Source: Gammaproteobacteria bacterium (GTDB lineage: Bacteria > Pseudomonadota > Gammaproteobacteria > Eutrophobiales > Eutrophobiaceae). From it: 64,000 nucleotides of DNA. The stretch lies in the NCBI GenBank assembly GCA_021773245.1, contig JAJFKK010000038.1:102-64101 (forward strand). The letters run 5' to 3'. Positions 1 through 10,938 of this stretch are shown here, piece after piece. The notes beneath the pieces were generated by a model, which worked only from the letters and a program-made list of their open reading frames with translations, was not told where the DNA came from and made no database searches. How positions within the stretch are numbered: the stretch's first letter is position 1; each line of letters starts with the position of its first letter. A program made the translations under genes and the position numbers.

Positions 1-2
1 CA

Positions 3-869
3 TTATTCTATGTTTTGGATTTGTTCACGCATCTGCTCAATTAATACCTTTAGATCGACAGATGAATTAGTTGTATCAAGATGCGCTGATTTTGAACCCA
101 ATGTGTTTGATTCACGATTCATTTCCTGCATTAAAAAGTCCAGCCGTCTGCCTACAGGACCTTTTTGATCGAGTACTCTGGATACTTCGTCAATATGAGC
201 ATCAAGACGATCCATTTCTTCAGCGACATCCATTTTTTGAGTTAATAAAAGTAATTCCTGTTCGAGACGATCCTGATTAAATTCGTTACTAAGTTCCTGA
301 GCTCGAAGTAATAATTTTTCACGTAAATTATCAAGAATATCAGGCATTAATTGACGGACGTTTGAAACGATTTCTTTCGACGTTGCGCAACGTTCAAGTA
401 CCATCGTTCTTATTTTTCCCCCTTCACGTTCGCGAGTCGCTATAGCTGAATTCAGCGTTTGATCAATTAATTCAAGTAATGGCGAACCTATTTTTTCCGG
501 GTCGGGTACATCTTTATCCAACACGCCAGGCCAGCGTAGTAAGTCCAAAGGATTCAAAGGCGTACTTGTTTTTAATTGAGAGCTGGTGGCTTCAGCCGTT
601 TCAATTACTTTTGTTAATAGTTCCTGGTTAACAGGTAATGCATCTTTTGAACTTTCTTGCTGAGTAAATCGAATATTACAATCGACTTTTCCACGTTTCA
701 ATTTTTTGGAAATAAGATCGCGTATTTTCTGTTCGAGAAAACGTAACTCTTCCGGTAACCGCAAAGACATTTCCAGATAACGATGATTTACTGTTCGAAT
801 CTCACATGACGCTTCACCCCAATCTCCTGATTGTTCCGTTCTGCCATATGAAGTCATGCTCTTAATCAT
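3..869 (-). CDS. yicC: YicC-family stress-induced protein
   Basis: 288-aa ORF; N-terminal MTSYGR...RTVNHRYLE and C-terminal EQMREQIQNIE resemble YicC/YloC; divergent from rph. Confidence 0.85.
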   Translation of the reverse strand: MIKSMTSYGRTEQSGDWGEASCEIRTVNHRYLEMSLRLPEELRFLEQKIRDLISKKLKRGKVDCNIRFTQQESSKDALPVNQELLTKVIETAEATSSQLKTSTPLNPLDLLRWPGVLDKDVPDPEKIGSPLLELIDQTLNSAIATREREGGKIRTMVLERCATSKEIVSNVRQLMPDILDNLREKLLLRAQELSNEFNQDRLEQELLLLTQKMDVAEEMDRLDAHIDEVSRVLDQKGPVGRRLDFLMQEMNRESNTLGSKSAHLDTTNSSVDLKVLIEQMREQIQNIE

Positions 870-985
870 TCAATTTATCCTTAGTTTTATTGTTATTTTG
901 TTAATAGTAACGTTTCATTCGTATATGGGAAATACATAGATAGATATTATCGTTATAATGCGGCACTTTTATTCAGGAGACACCT

Positions 986-1702
986 ATGCGCCCAAGTGGA
1001 CGTTCGCCGGATCAACTCAGACCCGTCACTATAACAAGAAATTTTACCTGTCATGCAGAAGGTTCAGTATTAATCGAATTCGGAAATACTAAAGTCATTT
1101 GCACTGCGAGTTTTGATACGGGTGTGCCCGGGTTTTTACGTGGCAAGGGAACGGGTTGGGTAACAGCTGAATACGGTATGTTGCCACGTTCTACTGGTTC
1201 ACGGATGCGTCGCGAAGCAAACCAAGGCAAACAAGGCGGCCGTACCCTGGAAATTCAGCGTTTAATCGGACGATCGCTTAGAGCTGTTGTTGATATGGAT
1301 GCGCTAGGTGAAAACACCATTGTTATAGATTGCGATGTAATACAAGCTGATGGTGGTACACGTACAGCTTCAATTACTGGTGCTTATGTCGCATTAGTTG
1401 ATGCAATAAACAATGCAAAAGAAAAAGGATTAATTACGACCGATCCGCTGAAAGGCATGATTGCATCGATTTCGGTTGGAATTTATGAAGGCACGCCAGT
1501 TCTGGATTTAGATTATCCAGAAGACTCAAATGCTGAAACCGATATGAATGTAGTTATGAATGATGAAGGTAAATTCATAGAAGTGCAGGGTACAGCAGAA
1601 GGTCATGCATTTTCATCTGAAGAATTAAACAGCATGCTAGATTTGGCTAACAAAGGTATCTCGGAATTATTCGAGCACCAACGTATTGCCCTTAAATCTT
1701 AG
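986..1702 (+). CDS. rph: Ribonuclease PH
   Basis: 238 aa; MRPSGR..DQLRPV..R.....[19 protein letters not shown] and [19 protein letters not shown] motifs of RNase PH. Confidence 0.95.
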   Translation: MRPSGRSPDQLRPVTITRNFTCHAEGSVLIEFGNTKVICTASFDTGVPGFLRGKGTGWVTAEYGMLPRSTGSRMRREANQGKQGGRTLEIQRLIGRSLRAVVDMDALGENTIVIDCDVIQADGGTRTASITGAYVALVDAINNAKEKGLITTDPLKGMIASISVGIYEGTPVLDLDYPEDSNAETDMNVVMNDEGKFIEVQGTAEGHAFSSEELNSMLDLANKGISELFEHQRIALKS

Positions 1703-1731
1703 ACAATCAAGCATAAGTAAATAAACGACAC

Positions 1732-2334
1732 ATGGATAAGCAAGAAATTGTTCTGGCGAGTAACAACGCTGGCAAGGTAAGAGAAATAAATGAATTACTC
1801 GATGACACCTCGTTCCATGTTATGCCTCAATCAGATTTTAATATCGAAGAAGTAGAAGAAACGGGATTAAGTTTTATTGAAAATGCATTAATAAAAGCAC
1901 GAAACGCTACTTTACATACAAAGCTTCCCGCCATTGCCGATGACTCTGGTATAGAGGTTCCTGCTTTGGATGGTCGTCCCGGAATTTACTCAGCGCGTTA
2001 TGCCGGTGTTGGTGCTAGCGATGAAGATAATTTGAATAAATTAATTAAAGATATCGAATTATTAAGCGAAGAAGATCGTCTGGCTCGATTTGTTTGTGTC
2101 ATGGTATTTATGAAACATGCAGAAGATCCAACACCCATTATTACCCAAGGATTTTGGGATGGAGTAATCATTACTAAACCACTTGGTGATAATGGCTTTG
2201 GTTACGATCCAATATTTTATGTGCCGACGCATGATTGCGCATCAGCAGAATTATCACCAGAAGTTAAAAACCAACTCAGTCATCGTGGACAGGCATTGAG
2301 ACAATTGGTAAGACTGATTAATGAAGAAGTTTGA
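1732..2334 (+). CDS. rdgB: dITP/XTP pyrophosphatase (non-canonical purine NTPase)
   Basis: 200 aa; LASNNAGKVRE, DDSGIEV.AL.G.PGIYSARYAG, GFGYDPIF, SHRG.AL motifs of RdgB/HAM1. Confidence 0.9.
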   Translation: MDKQEIVLASNNAGKVREINELLDDTSFHVMPQSDFNIEEVEETGLSFIENALIKARNATLHTKLPAIADDSGIEVPALDGRPGIYSARYAGVGASDEDNLNKLIKDIELLSEEDRLARFVCVMVFMKHAEDPTPIITQGFWDGVIITKPLGDNGFGYDPIFYVPTHDCASAELSPEVKNQLSHRGQALRQLVRLINEEV

Positions 2335-2406
2335 AAATATAATATTTATTGTTAGAAGGTTTTAAAAAGAAATCTATATATCAAATCTATTATTAAATAA
2401 AAAATT

Positions 2407-2430
2407 AGCGGTCTATGACTATAGACCGCT
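2407..2430. terminator. Bidirectional hairpin between convergent rdgB and SDR genes
   Basis: Perfect 10-bp stem AGCGGTCTAT/ATAGACCGCT with 4-nt loop, flanked by A/T runs. Confidence 0.6.
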
Positions 2431-2463
2431 ATTTAAGGGAGATATAACTAGAGGAAGAATAAT

Positions 2464-3201
2464 TTATGCTGCTATACCACCATCAACTTTGTATTGTGCG
2501 CCGGTTACGTAACTAGCTTTATCCGAAGCAAGAAAAGCAACGGCTGCGGCAACTTCTTCAGAAGTACCGAAGCGACCAAGTGGTACCATTTCCTTGATTG
2601 ATTCGCCCATACCTTCCTGTTCTTGTTCGCTTAAATTCATTTTTCCAAATAAAGGTGTTGCAATAGGTCCAGGACTGACTGCATTAACGCGTATACCGTA
2701 CTCGGCAAATTCTTTAGCTAGACCTTTGGTTAAGGTAATAACTGCACCTTTTGAAGCGGAATATATTGAAAAGCCGGCAAACGGATCGTCAGCAACAATA
2801 GAAGCAGTATTAATAATATTACCTTTGCTTTCTTTTAATAAAGGTAATGATGTTAGTGTTACGTCAATTAAACCACGGACATTGATATTAAAAATATCAT
2901 CATAGTGTTCCATTGTTATTTGTTCGAATGGGATAGGTGTGGCAATACCTGCGTTATTAACTAATACATCTAAACGATTGTATGTCTTTTCTATATGAGC
3001 AATCGTTTTTACTACATCATCATGATTAGTTACATCGGATATAATCCAGTCAATGTTGTCATGTTGTGCTGCGGATTCAACGAGTGTGTTTTCATTACGC
3101 CCGGTGATTAAAACTTTAAACCCATCATCAGCAAGTTCTTTTGCAATGGCGGCACCGATACCGGTACTGCCGCCTGTGACTAATGCTGTTTTTTGTGACA
3201 T
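2464..3201 (-). CDS. SDR-family oxidoreductase
   Basis: 245 aa; TGGSTGIG cofactor motif, NNAG, YSASK catalytic motif. Confidence 0.85.
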   Translation of the reverse strand: MSQKTALVTGGSTGIGAAIAKELADDGFKVLITGRNENTLVESAAQHDNIDWIISDVTNHDDVVKTIAHIEKTYNRLDVLVNNAGIATPIPFEQITMEHYDDIFNINVRGLIDVTLTSLPLLKESKGNIINTASIVADDPFAGFSIYSASKGAVITLTKGLAKEFAEYGIRVNAVSPGPIATPLFGKMNLSEQEQEGMGESIKEMVPLGRFGTSEEVAAAVAFLASDKASYVTGAQYKVDGGIAA

Positions 3202-3211
3202 GTGTGTTCTC

Positions 3212-3811
3212 CTATTTTCTTAGTGTTTGAATGTGTTCTTTTAAGCCTTGTAATGAAGTTTTTAAAACATCAACACTCTTTGCATTCTTGGCAAGACTGG
3301 TTGCGCCTTCAATAGCGGAAACAATGAAATAAGCGGATGTTTCTGTTGATATAGATTCTTTTACAATACCTTTTGATTGACCTTGTTTTAAACCTTCATC
3401 AATTGTTGTACGCCAAAGATCAAAAATAGAATTGATACGTTCACGAAAGCCTTCGTCAATCGGTGACATTTCCTGAGCAAGATTATTTACTGGGCAACCA
3501 AAACAAATATTTTCTTTATTACGTTTACTAATAGCGCTATCAATTTGTAATAACAAAGCATCAATAATATTGTCGGGATTCTTTAGTGGTGTGATCCACA
3601 TTTCCTTAACGCTTTCTGCGACAAGTTCATCAACAACTGCATAGCCCATTTCAAGTTTTGATGGAAAATGATGATAAAGCGCTCCTTTAGTTACTTTGGT
3701 TTCTTTAATAATGTTTGCCAAGCTAGCAGCTTGAAAACCATTTTGATTGATTTCATCAAAAGCAGCATTGAGTAGAGCTAAGCGCGTTTTATCAGGGTTC
3801 CTGTCTACCAT
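3212..3811 (-). CDS. TetR/AcrR-family transcriptional regulator
   Basis: 199 aa; N-terminal HTH (GFQAASLANIIKETKVTKGALYHHFPSK); forms an operon with the SDR gene. Confidence 0.85.
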   Translation of the reverse strand: MVDRNPDKTRLALLNAAFDEINQNGFQAASLANIIKETKVTKGALYHHFPSKLEMGYAVVDELVAESVKEMWITPLKNPDNIIDALLLQIDSAISKRNKENICFGCPVNNLAQEMSPIDEGFRERINSIFDLWRTTIDEGLKQGQSKGIVKESISTETSAYFIVSAIEGATSLAKNAKSVDVLKTSLQGLKEHIQTLRK

Positions 3812-4131
3812 TACTAATCATCTTTGTTGTTAATTTGTTTAATTCAGTTGAATCAGGGCAGATTCCAAAAAGCTCAAAGTAAGAGGCTTTTAAAAACGCA
3901 TAACGAATTATCTCTGTATTTATATCATTCACTGTCACTCTCACTCCTTTAAACATACCAACCAGTATGTATGTAGCATTAATTTAAGTCAAACAAAAAA
4001 TAATTATTTTATTAACTGTCTGTTAATTATAGAAAATTACCCTCTCATTCATCAATGCATGAGAGGGTAATACTGGAAAAGTTCTTTTAGATATTCCATG
4101 ACCTGCAGAATCGTTATACTGCTCCGCGAAA

Positions 4132-5301
4132 ATGACATCTTTATTAACATTCCATGAAAATCCTCCCCTCAGTCTTTATATTCATCTTCCCTGGTGTGTA
4201 AAGAAGTGCCCCTATTGTGATTTTAATTCGCATGAAATTTCTAATTCTGGAATTGATGAAGATGCTTACATTGATGCATTAATTTCTGATTTGGAAACAG
4301 AATTACCACGTATTTGGGGTAGAACTATCACGAGCGTTTTTATAGGTGGAGGGACACCTAGTCTTTTTTCAGTTGCTTCTATAAATAAATTAATGAGTGC
4401 AATTCGGGCAAGATTAAATATTCATTCAGGCATTGAAATAACGCTTGAGGCAAATCCTGGAACAGCCGAAGCTGAAAAATTTATTGGTTATCGAGAAGCA
4501 GGTATAAACCGTTTATCAATCGGCGTGCAAAGTTTTAATGATAAGAATTTAAAAGCATTAGGTCGGATACATGATTCGAACGAAGCTTTAAAAGCTATTA
4601 AGTTGGCTAAAGAAGCGGGTTTTGAAAACTTCAATATTGATTTAATGTTTGCTTTGCCCAACCAAAAAATAAAAGATGCAATCCATGATCTTGAATGCGC
4701 AGTAGAACAAGGATCAAATCATATATCCTGGTATCAATTAACAATAGAGCCGAATACTGTATTTTATTATAAACCGCCCAAAATTCCATCAGATGATGAA
4801 AGTTGGTCAATGCAAGATCAAGGTCAAATGTATTTAGAGAAAAATGGATATAAGCAATACGAAATATCCGCTTATGCAAAAGATAAACATGCCGCATTAC
4901 ATAATATAAATTATTGGGAGTTTGGTGATTACTTGGGAATTGGTGCCGGTGCGCACGGTAAAATTACGAATGTTGCCGAAGGAAAAATTGAACGATTTAC
5001 ACGTCATAAAATTCCAAAACGATATATGGAATTGGCAAATTCTGAATCAGTCATAACAGAAACGAGAGTATTAAATAGAGATGATCTACCTTTGGAATTT
5101 ATGATGAATGCATTCAGACTGAAAGAAGGTGTAGAAGCAAAAAATTTTTTAGAAAGAACAGGCTTACCAATAAAAATAATTGAAAAAGAATTACAAATTG
5201 CAGTAGACCGTAAGCTAATTGAATGGCAACTAGATCGCCTAAAACCAACTAAGGATGGGCAGCGTTATTTAAATGAACTGCTCGAAATGTTTGTGAAATA
5301 G
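4132..5301 (+). CDS. hemW: Radical SAM heme chaperone HemW
   Basis: 389 aa; LYIHLPWC..KC.YCDF radical-SAM cluster motif, GGGTPS, HemN_C-like C-terminus; follows rdgB region as in E. coli. Confidence 0.9.
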   Translation: MTSLLTFHENPPLSLYIHLPWCVKKCPYCDFNSHEISNSGIDEDAYIDALISDLETELPRIWGRTITSVFIGGGTPSLFSVASINKLMSAIRARLNIHSGIEITLEANPGTAEAEKFIGYREAGINRLSIGVQSFNDKNLKALGRIHDSNEALKAIKLAKEAGFENFNIDLMFALPNQKIKDAIHDLECAVEQGSNHISWYQLTIEPNTVFYYKPPKIPSDDESWSMQDQGQMYLEKNGYKQYEISAYAKDKHAALHNINYWEFGDYLGIGAGAHGKITNVAEGKIERFTRHKIPKRYMELANSESVITETRVLNRDDLPLEFMMNAFRLKEGVEAKNFLERTGLPIKIIEKELQIAVDRKLIEWQLDRLKPTKDGQRYLNELLEMFVK

Positions 5302-5412
5302 TCGTGGATTTGCGACTATACCGAAATGGAATGCTAGCTTTCTACTCACAGAGAAGTTACTATTTTTGTCTTGCTGTAAACCCCTGAAAATTATAGATTT
5401 TATATTAATGAA

Positions 5413-7755
5413 ATGTTAACTGAAGCAATGAAGCAAAATATCACTTCTCTCAGCTTGTCTGAGTTGGAGTCACTATGTCAGGCATATCTTGCTGAACATG
5501 GCGAGCACACTGAGGAACAGTTCATTTCGCATCTATATGGTTCGAAGCGTATTACTTCGACAGAATTTAAAAATATTCAGACACATGAAAAAATTGACTT
5601 AACGTCAATAGTTAATATCAGCAATATCAGTGATATTAGCGACATGGTAAATAAATCAGCAGAGCCTTCTTCAGTTGAGATTGATGGGACTTATATTGAT
5701 AACGAAGATTACACCATTCTTGAATCTATCGATGAAGGGGCAATGGGTGAAATTCTGGTTGCCAGAGATAATAAACTCAATCGAACAGTTGCCTATAAAA
5801 AAATTCACGCGCATGTAGCCGAAATTCCAAGTTATCTGGGTCGTTTTTATATGGAAGCTCAGGTGACTGCACAGTTACAACATCCGAATATTGTGCCTGT
5901 TTATGGTTTGATGGCATCAGGTGCTAATGTTGGTTATGCCATGAAACTGATAGATGGTATTACACTGAAAGATCATATTCGCGAAACACAAGAGCAATAC
6001 GTTAATCTAGGTGAGCCTGATGAACATCATAATCTTCATGCGCGACTTGAACATTTTTTAAAAGTTTGTGATGCCATGCATTATGCGCATCGTAAAGGAG
6101 TAATACACCGCGATCTTAAGCCGCTAAACATCATGATTGGTCCATATAATGAAGTTTATGTAATGGACTGGGGTATTGCGAAAACAGTAGAAGTTGATAA
6201 AAGTACCTTTGGTGATAAGACTGTACTTGTCGGACATGAAGAAGTTGATGATGAAGATAAAACCAAGATGGGTCAGGTTATGGGTACGCCAGCCTATATG
6301 TCACCAGAGCAAGCAGAAGGTGAACATGACATTCTTGATCATCGTAGTGATCTATATGCACTCGGTTTAATTTTATTTGAATTAGTGACATTTCACCGCG
6401 CTATCAACGGTAAGAATACTGATCAAATTATGATGAAAGCGCGCAGAGGACATATCGATCCTCCACCTGCGTACGGCAAACAGGAGGACGCGCAGGAACA
6501 ATTATTAGCGATTGTAAAAAAAGCAACGCAGTACATGCCGGAAGATCGTTATCCCACAGTAGCAGATTTCTCTGATGATATACGTCGCTTTATACATGGC
6601 GAAGCAATTAAGGCCCGACCTGAATCGAGAAAGCAAAAAGTGATGCGTTGGGTGACTCATCACCGAAAAGCGGCCGTTAATATTGTGGCCTTATCATTAT
6701 TAGGTTCATTTGCTTTAGTTGTTGCTGTCCTTGTTTTTCAAATGCAAGCAATGCAAGAAATACAGAGTGAAGGACAAAAAACAAACCAATTCGTAACAAC
6801 CGTTGTTAATAAAGCGCAGAAAATTGATTCACAATTTTTGAAATATGAAGGCATTTTAGAAGGGTTAGCAATTGGGGCGAAGAATTTATTAAATCAGGGC
6901 AATAGGGATACAACTGCTTATTATACAAATAATACAATCGCCATCCCTGGAAAAGGACCCGAGGACTATAAGTTTTCCGATGTTTATGGTTTATCTATCA
7001 GTGTTGATTATCATGTTTATAAACTAGCGCCGGACGTTAACGAAACAGAGGTAAAACCGACTTTGCAACGTTTGAATCCATTGCGTCATTCGTTTAAATC
7101 ATTGATGTTAAAAAGTCATAAAGAAGATGTTGCGCCTGATGATGATAAAGCAGCGCATGACATAATAATGAATGAAGGTCTTCCTTTAGTCTGGTCTTAT
7201 ATTGGATTGGAAGAAGGGATTCTTGCGGATTATCCGGGAAAAACCGGTTACCCCGATGCCTATGATCCGAGGCAACGTCCCTGGTATAGAAGCTCGATGG
7301 AAAATACAGGGATTAGCTGGTTAAAACCGTATATCGACGTTGGTGGTCGAGGGGTGCTACTGCCTTGTACTACTCCATTGTATGATAATGACGGTAAATT
7401 CATCGGTGTTGCTGGTGTAGAATTAACACTTGATTATATCAAGAAAAAAGTAATGCCAATGTATGGTATAGATGGTCTGGAAAATATCTATTTGCTAAAT
7501 GATAAAGCTGAGGTTGTAGTATCAAGTTCAGATAAATTGCAGTCCTATGCAATAGGCACCTTAATAAATTCAGTTGAAGATTTGGAAGTTTTTGATAACG
7601 AATACGTTGTTAATAAAATATTGAAAGGGCAATCAGGTAAAAACTTTTTTATTGAACGTGGTCGAGAAAAGGTAATTGTTTTTAATAAATTAAATTCAAT
7701 TGGTTGGTATTATGTCGCCAAGGCTGATGCTGAAGAGCTTTTAAACGAGCTTTAA
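5413..7755 (+). CDS. Ser/Thr protein kinase with TM segment and periplasmic Cache-like sensor domain
   Basis: 780 aa; Hanks kinase motifs (HRDLKPLNIM, DWGIAK, GTPAYMSPEQ), one TM helix (AAVNIVALSLLGSFALVVAVLVF), C-terminal RPWY...PY.D....G.....T.P.Y...GK.IGVAGVEL Cache-like pattern. Confidence 0.8.
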   Translation: MLTEAMKQNITSLSLSELESLCQAYLAEHGEHTEEQFISHLYGSKRITSTEFKNIQTHEKIDLTSIVNISNISDISDMVNKSAEPSSVEIDGTYIDNEDYTILESIDEGAMGEILVARDNKLNRTVAYKKIHAHVAEIPSYLGRFYMEAQVTAQLQHPNIVPVYGLMASGANVGYAMKLIDGITLKDHIRETQEQYVNLGEPDEHHNLHARLEHFLKVCDAMHYAHRKGVIHRDLKPLNIMIGPYNEVYVMDWGIAKTVEVDKSTFGDKTVLVGHEEVDDEDKTKMGQVMGTPAYMSPEQAEGEHDILDHRSDLYALGLILFELVTFHRAINGKNTDQIMMKARRGHIDPPPAYGKQEDAQEQLLAIVKKATQYMPEDRYPTVADFSDDIRRFIHGEAIKARPESRKQKVMRWVTHHRKAAVNIVALSLLGSFALVVAVLVFQMQAMQEIQSEGQKTNQFVTTVVNKAQKIDSQFLKYEGILEGLAIGAKNLLNQGNRDTTAYYTNNTIAIPGKGPEDYKFSDVYGLSISVDYHVYKLAPDVNETEVKPTLQRLNPLRHSFKSLMLKSHKEDVAPDDDKAAHDIIMNEGLPLVWSYIGLEEGILADYPGKTGYPDAYDPRQRPWYRSSMENTGISWLKPYIDVGGRGVLLPCTTPLYDNDGKFIGVAGVELTLDYIKKKVMPMYGIDGLENIYLLNDKAEVVVSSSDKLQSYAIGTLINSVEDLEVFDNEYVVNKILKGQSGKNFFIERGREKVIVFNKLNSIGWYYVAKADAEELLNEL

Positions 7756-7813
7756 ACTTTTAGTTATCATATTATTTTAACTTCAAAGTATTTCCCTGCT
7801 ACAGCAGATTATT

Positions 7814-8080
7814 GTGCTTAACTGGAAAGTCTATATTCTGCGCTGTTCAGATAACTCGCTTTATACCGGTATTACTCGAGACTTAAATCGAAGACTTAAT
7901 GAACATAATCATGTTGATCGTCTTGCCTCAGCGTATACTCGTGCGCGTCGACCGGTAACACTGGTTTATAAAGAAGCACATACGGATCGTTCATCTGCAA
8001 GTAAGCGTGAAGCTGCTATCAAAAAACTAACGAAATTAGAAAAAGAAAAATTAATTATAAATAAACATGGCAAAGAATAG
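7814..8080 (+). CDS. GIY-YIG nuclease-family protein
   Basis: 88 aa, GTG start; VYILRC..NSLYTGIT.DL.RRL.EHN motif. Confidence 0.8.
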   Translation: MLNWKVYILRCSDNSLYTGITRDLNRRLNEHNHVDRLASAYTRARRPVTLVYKEAHTDRSSASKREAAIKKLTKLEKEKLIINKHGKE

Positions 8081-9866
8081 CGTAAAAAATATAGATCGAC
8101 CCAAAGCAAGCAGTCTTCAGCCTTTGAAGCTAGCTTTACCTTTTATGAAACCTTATTTGGCAAGATTATTACTTGCTGTTATCTGTTTGACGATAGCTTC
8201 GTTAGCTATGTTGTCTATGCCTATTGCTATTCGATATGTTATTGACCAAGGCTTTTCTATTGACAGTGTAGGTTCTATTAATACATATTTTATCGCTTTA
8301 TTTGGTCTCGCCATTATCTTCGCTGTATTTGGTTCTTTACGTTATTACCTGGTTATGTGGATAGGTGAACGTGTTGTTGCTGACATACGTTCGACTGTTT
8401 ATAAACATGTTATTAAAATGAGCCCCACTTTTTTCGAAGTAACTCGCACCGGTGAAGTATTGTCACGTTTAACAACTGATACGACTTTGGTTCAAACCGT
8501 TTTCGGTGCGGGCATGTCAATAGCGTTACGTAGTTTGTTCAGTGTCTTCGGATGTTTGATCATGTTATTTGTCACCAGTCCAAAACTGACAATAATGATT
8601 ATTGTGCTTGTGCCTATGGTTGTTCTTCCCATCCTGCTTTATAGCCGCAAAGTTCGTCGTCTTTCACGTGCAAATCAGGATCGTCTGGCAGATACAAGTA
8701 GTATTGCTGATGAATCACTTAACGCAATGCACGTTGTTCAGGCATTTACGCTTGAAAATTTTGTTGGCAGGAAATTCTCTGATTCAGTTGAGGACACGTT
8801 CTCTGCGGCAAGACAGCGTATAAAATTAAGTTCTGTTTTATCCGGAACAATTATTTTAACTGTGTTCGGCGCTGTTGTTTTTGTGCTTTGGGTTGGCGCA
8901 CAAGCTGTTGTCGATGGATCCATGAGCCCAGGAACACTTGGTCAGTTTTTGTTATATGCCATCTTTCTTGCAAGCGGTACAACTTCGCTAAGTGAAGTGT
9001 GGAATGATATTCAGCGTGCTGCAGGTGCAATGGAACGGTTGATGGAGTTACTCTATGTGGAACCAGAGATAAAAGCTCCTGACAATGTTATTGCAATACC
9101 TATAGAAGGTCGGGGTCATATTCAGATTGAAGATGTTTGTTTTAACTATCCTTCTCGACCAGATACGAAATCACTCGAACATTTTACTCTGGAAATAAAA
9201 CCAGGTGAAACGGTGGCGTTAGTTGGCCCTTCCGGTGCAGGAAAAAGTACCGTGTTTCAATTATTATTACGTTTTTATGATCCGCAGTCAGGGAAAATTA
9301 TATTAGACGGTGTAGATATAAAACAAGCCGATCCAATACAAGTACGGCAACGTATAGCTATTGTGCCGCAAGATACAGTTTTGTTTGCAACAACGGCAAT
9401 GGAAAATATTCGTTATGGTAAACCGGAAGCAACCGACGAAGAAGTTAAAGCAGCAGCGCGAGCAGCAATCGCTGATGAATTTATAGAGAAACAACCAGAA
9501 AGCTATGAGACATTTTTAGGTGAAAAAGGAATACGTTTATCAGGAGGGCAACAACAACGCATTGCCATCGCAAGGGCAATATTAAAAAATCCGCCAATCA
9601 TGCTGCTCGATGAAGCAACTAGTGCGCTCGATTCAGAGAGTGAGCAACTGGTTCAGGAAGCACTGGAACATCTAATGCAAGACCATACAACATTGGTCAT
9701 TGCTCACCGTTTATCTACTGTAAAAAAAGCAGATCGTATAGTTGTTATGGACGAAGGAAAGATTGTAGATATTGGCCATCATAATGAATTAATGAAAAAA
9801 AGCGGTTTATATAACAGACTTGCTAAAATTCAGTTTGGACATACAGATGAAGTTGAAACTGTTTAA
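8067..9866 (+). CDS. ABC transporter, fused permease/ATPase (MsbA/ATM1-type exporter)
   Basis: 599 aa; six predicted TM helices then Walker A GPSGAGKST, signature LSGGQQQR, Walker B MLLDEATSALD. Confidence 0.9.
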   Translation: MAKNSVKNIDRPKASSLQPLKLALPFMKPYLARLLLAVICLTIASLAMLSMPIAIRYVIDQGFSIDSVGSINTYFIALFGLAIIFAVFGSLRYYLVMWIGERVVADIRSTVYKHVIKMSPTFFEVTRTGEVLSRLTTDTTLVQTVFGAGMSIALRSLFSVFGCLIMLFVTSPKLTIMIIVLVPMVVLPILLYSRKVRRLSRANQDRLADTSSIADESLNAMHVVQAFTLENFVGRKFSDSVEDTFSAARQRIKLSSVLSGTIILTVFGAVVFVLWVGAQAVVDGSMSPGTLGQFLLYAIFLASGTTSLSEVWNDIQRAAGAMERLMELLYVEPEIKAPDNVIAIPIEGRGHIQIEDVCFNYPSRPDTKSLEHFTLEIKPGETVALVGPSGAGKSTVFQLLLRFYDPQSGKIILDGVDIKQADPIQVRQRIAIVPQDTVLFATTAMENIRYGKPEATDEEVKAAARAAIADEFIEKQPESYETFLGEKGIRLSGGQQQRIAIARAILKNPPIMLLDEATSALDSESEQLVQEALEHLMQDHTTLVIAHRLSTVKKADRIVVMDEGKIVDIGHHNELMKKSGLYNRLAKIQFGHTDEVETV

Positions 9867-10938
9867 GCTGATCTTTAGTTTGAATTTTCTGGCAGCAACT
9901 ATTGTATTTGCAAATGAAGACCTGGAGAAATTAACAATTACTGACTGGCATGTGCATGTCGCCGGATTAGGTTATGGAGAATCTGGAAACTTCGTTAATG
10001 AAGCCATGCGCAATAATTATCGTTTTGATTTCTTTCTGAAATGGATGAATGTTACAGAAGAAGATTTGGAAAATTACGGAGATCAAATTGTTGTTAAACG
10101 ATTAAATAAACAAATTGAAGAATCTAAATATATTGATCAAGCTGTCATTCTTGCTCTTGACGGCGTTATCGATAAAAAAACTAATAAATTAGATAGAGCT
10201 AATACACAGTTCTATGTTGATAATGATTTTGTTGCAAATGAAGCAAATAAATATTCGAAATTATTATTTGGTGCCAGCATTAATCCTGAGCGCGAAGACA
10301 GTATTGAGTTATTAGAAAAAGTACATCATCAAGGTGCGGTATTAATAAAATGGATACCGTCAATCATGCATTTCGACCCTGCCGATGAAAGGTTTGAACC
10401 GTTTTATCGCAAGATGGCAGAGTTAAATATTCCTTTATTAACGCACACGGGAATGGAAAAATCTTTTCCGAATACTAATGATGCGTTGGCTGATCCGAGA
10501 AGATTAGAATTGGCGTTACGTTCAGGTGTAACCGTAATTGCCGCACACATAGCGACGACAGGAAAATCAGTAGGGCAGGATAATTTTGAGCGCATCATGC
10601 CCATGTTTAAACAATTTCCAAATCTCTATACTGAAATATCTAGTCTAACCCAAATTAATAAATTGGGTTATTTGGCCGAGGCGCTAAAGCAACCTGATTT
10701 AAAAGATAGGATGCTCTATGGAACTGATTGGCCATTACAGTCTTTCCCCTTAGTATTTCCTTGGTATCATATCAATCACATCGGAATTAAGAATGCGTGG
10801 CGTTTAGGTAAAATAAAAAATAAATGGGATCGTGATATTGAATTAAAACAGTCTTTTGGCGTGCCACATGAAGTATTTAGTCGAAAGGTAGGAAGAATCA
10901 ACACACTATTAAATAATCATAATGGGACAAACAACTAA
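9847..10938 (+). CDS. Amidohydrolase-family metal-dependent hydrolase (secreted)
   Basis: Start moved to the ATG giving signal peptide MKLKLFKLIFSLNFLAATIVFA; DWHVHV metal motif, GTDWP near C-terminus. Confidence 0.6.
   Translation: MKLKLFKLIFSLNFLAATIVFANEDLEKLTITDWHVHVAGLGYGESGNFVNEAMRNNYRFDFFLKWMNVTEEDLENYGDQIVVKRLNKQIEESKYIDQAVILALDGVIDKKTNKLDRANTQFYVDNDFVANEANKYSKLLFGASINPEREDSIELLEKVHHQGAVLIKWIPSIMHFDPADERFEPFYRKMAELNIPLLTHTGMEKSFPNTNDALADPRRLELALRSGVTVIAAHIATTGKSVGQDNFERIMPMFKQFPNLYTEISSLTQINKLGYLAEALKQPDLKDRMLYGTDWPLQSFPLVFPWYHINHIGIKNAWRLGKIKNKWDRDIELKQSFGVPHEVFSRKVGRINTLLNNHNGTNN

Noticed and set aside
71-280. Antisense or shadow ORFs embedded in longer, well-supported genes. Examples: 71..280, 2594..2905, 4631..4897, 8602..8823, 8738..8923, 9303..9494, 10404..10604, 13260..13457, 13506..13727, 14091..14324, 15345..15566, 16429..16680, 18391..18600, 19232..19501, 21388..21606, 21534..21722, 22040..22315, 23653..24710 set, 25716..26705 set, 28596..29041 set, 29452..29679, 30217..30588, 30738..31007, 32792..33273 set, 33771..33977, 34555..34794, 35883..36751 set, 37352..38761 set, 39742..40381 set, 41143..41534 set, 41695..41994, 43105..43344, 46711..47067, 48927..50165 set, 51273..51512, 52777..52968, 53400..55572 set, 58467..59080 set, 60225..61241 set, 61772..62002, 62284..62889 set, 63305..63788 set.
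   Set aside because: Each overlaps a longer ORF on another frame or strand that has clear family motifs. None has recognisable motifs or a convincing Shine-Dalgarno sequence. Several lie in repetitive or low-complexity DNA where open frames arise by chance.
3953-3970. ACATAC-N6-GTATGT inverted repeat upstream of the TetR-SDR operon as a TetR operator
   Set aside because: The arms are only 6 bp, it lies ~140 nt from the start codon, and the region is AT-rich, so this could easily be chance. It is not listed as a feature.
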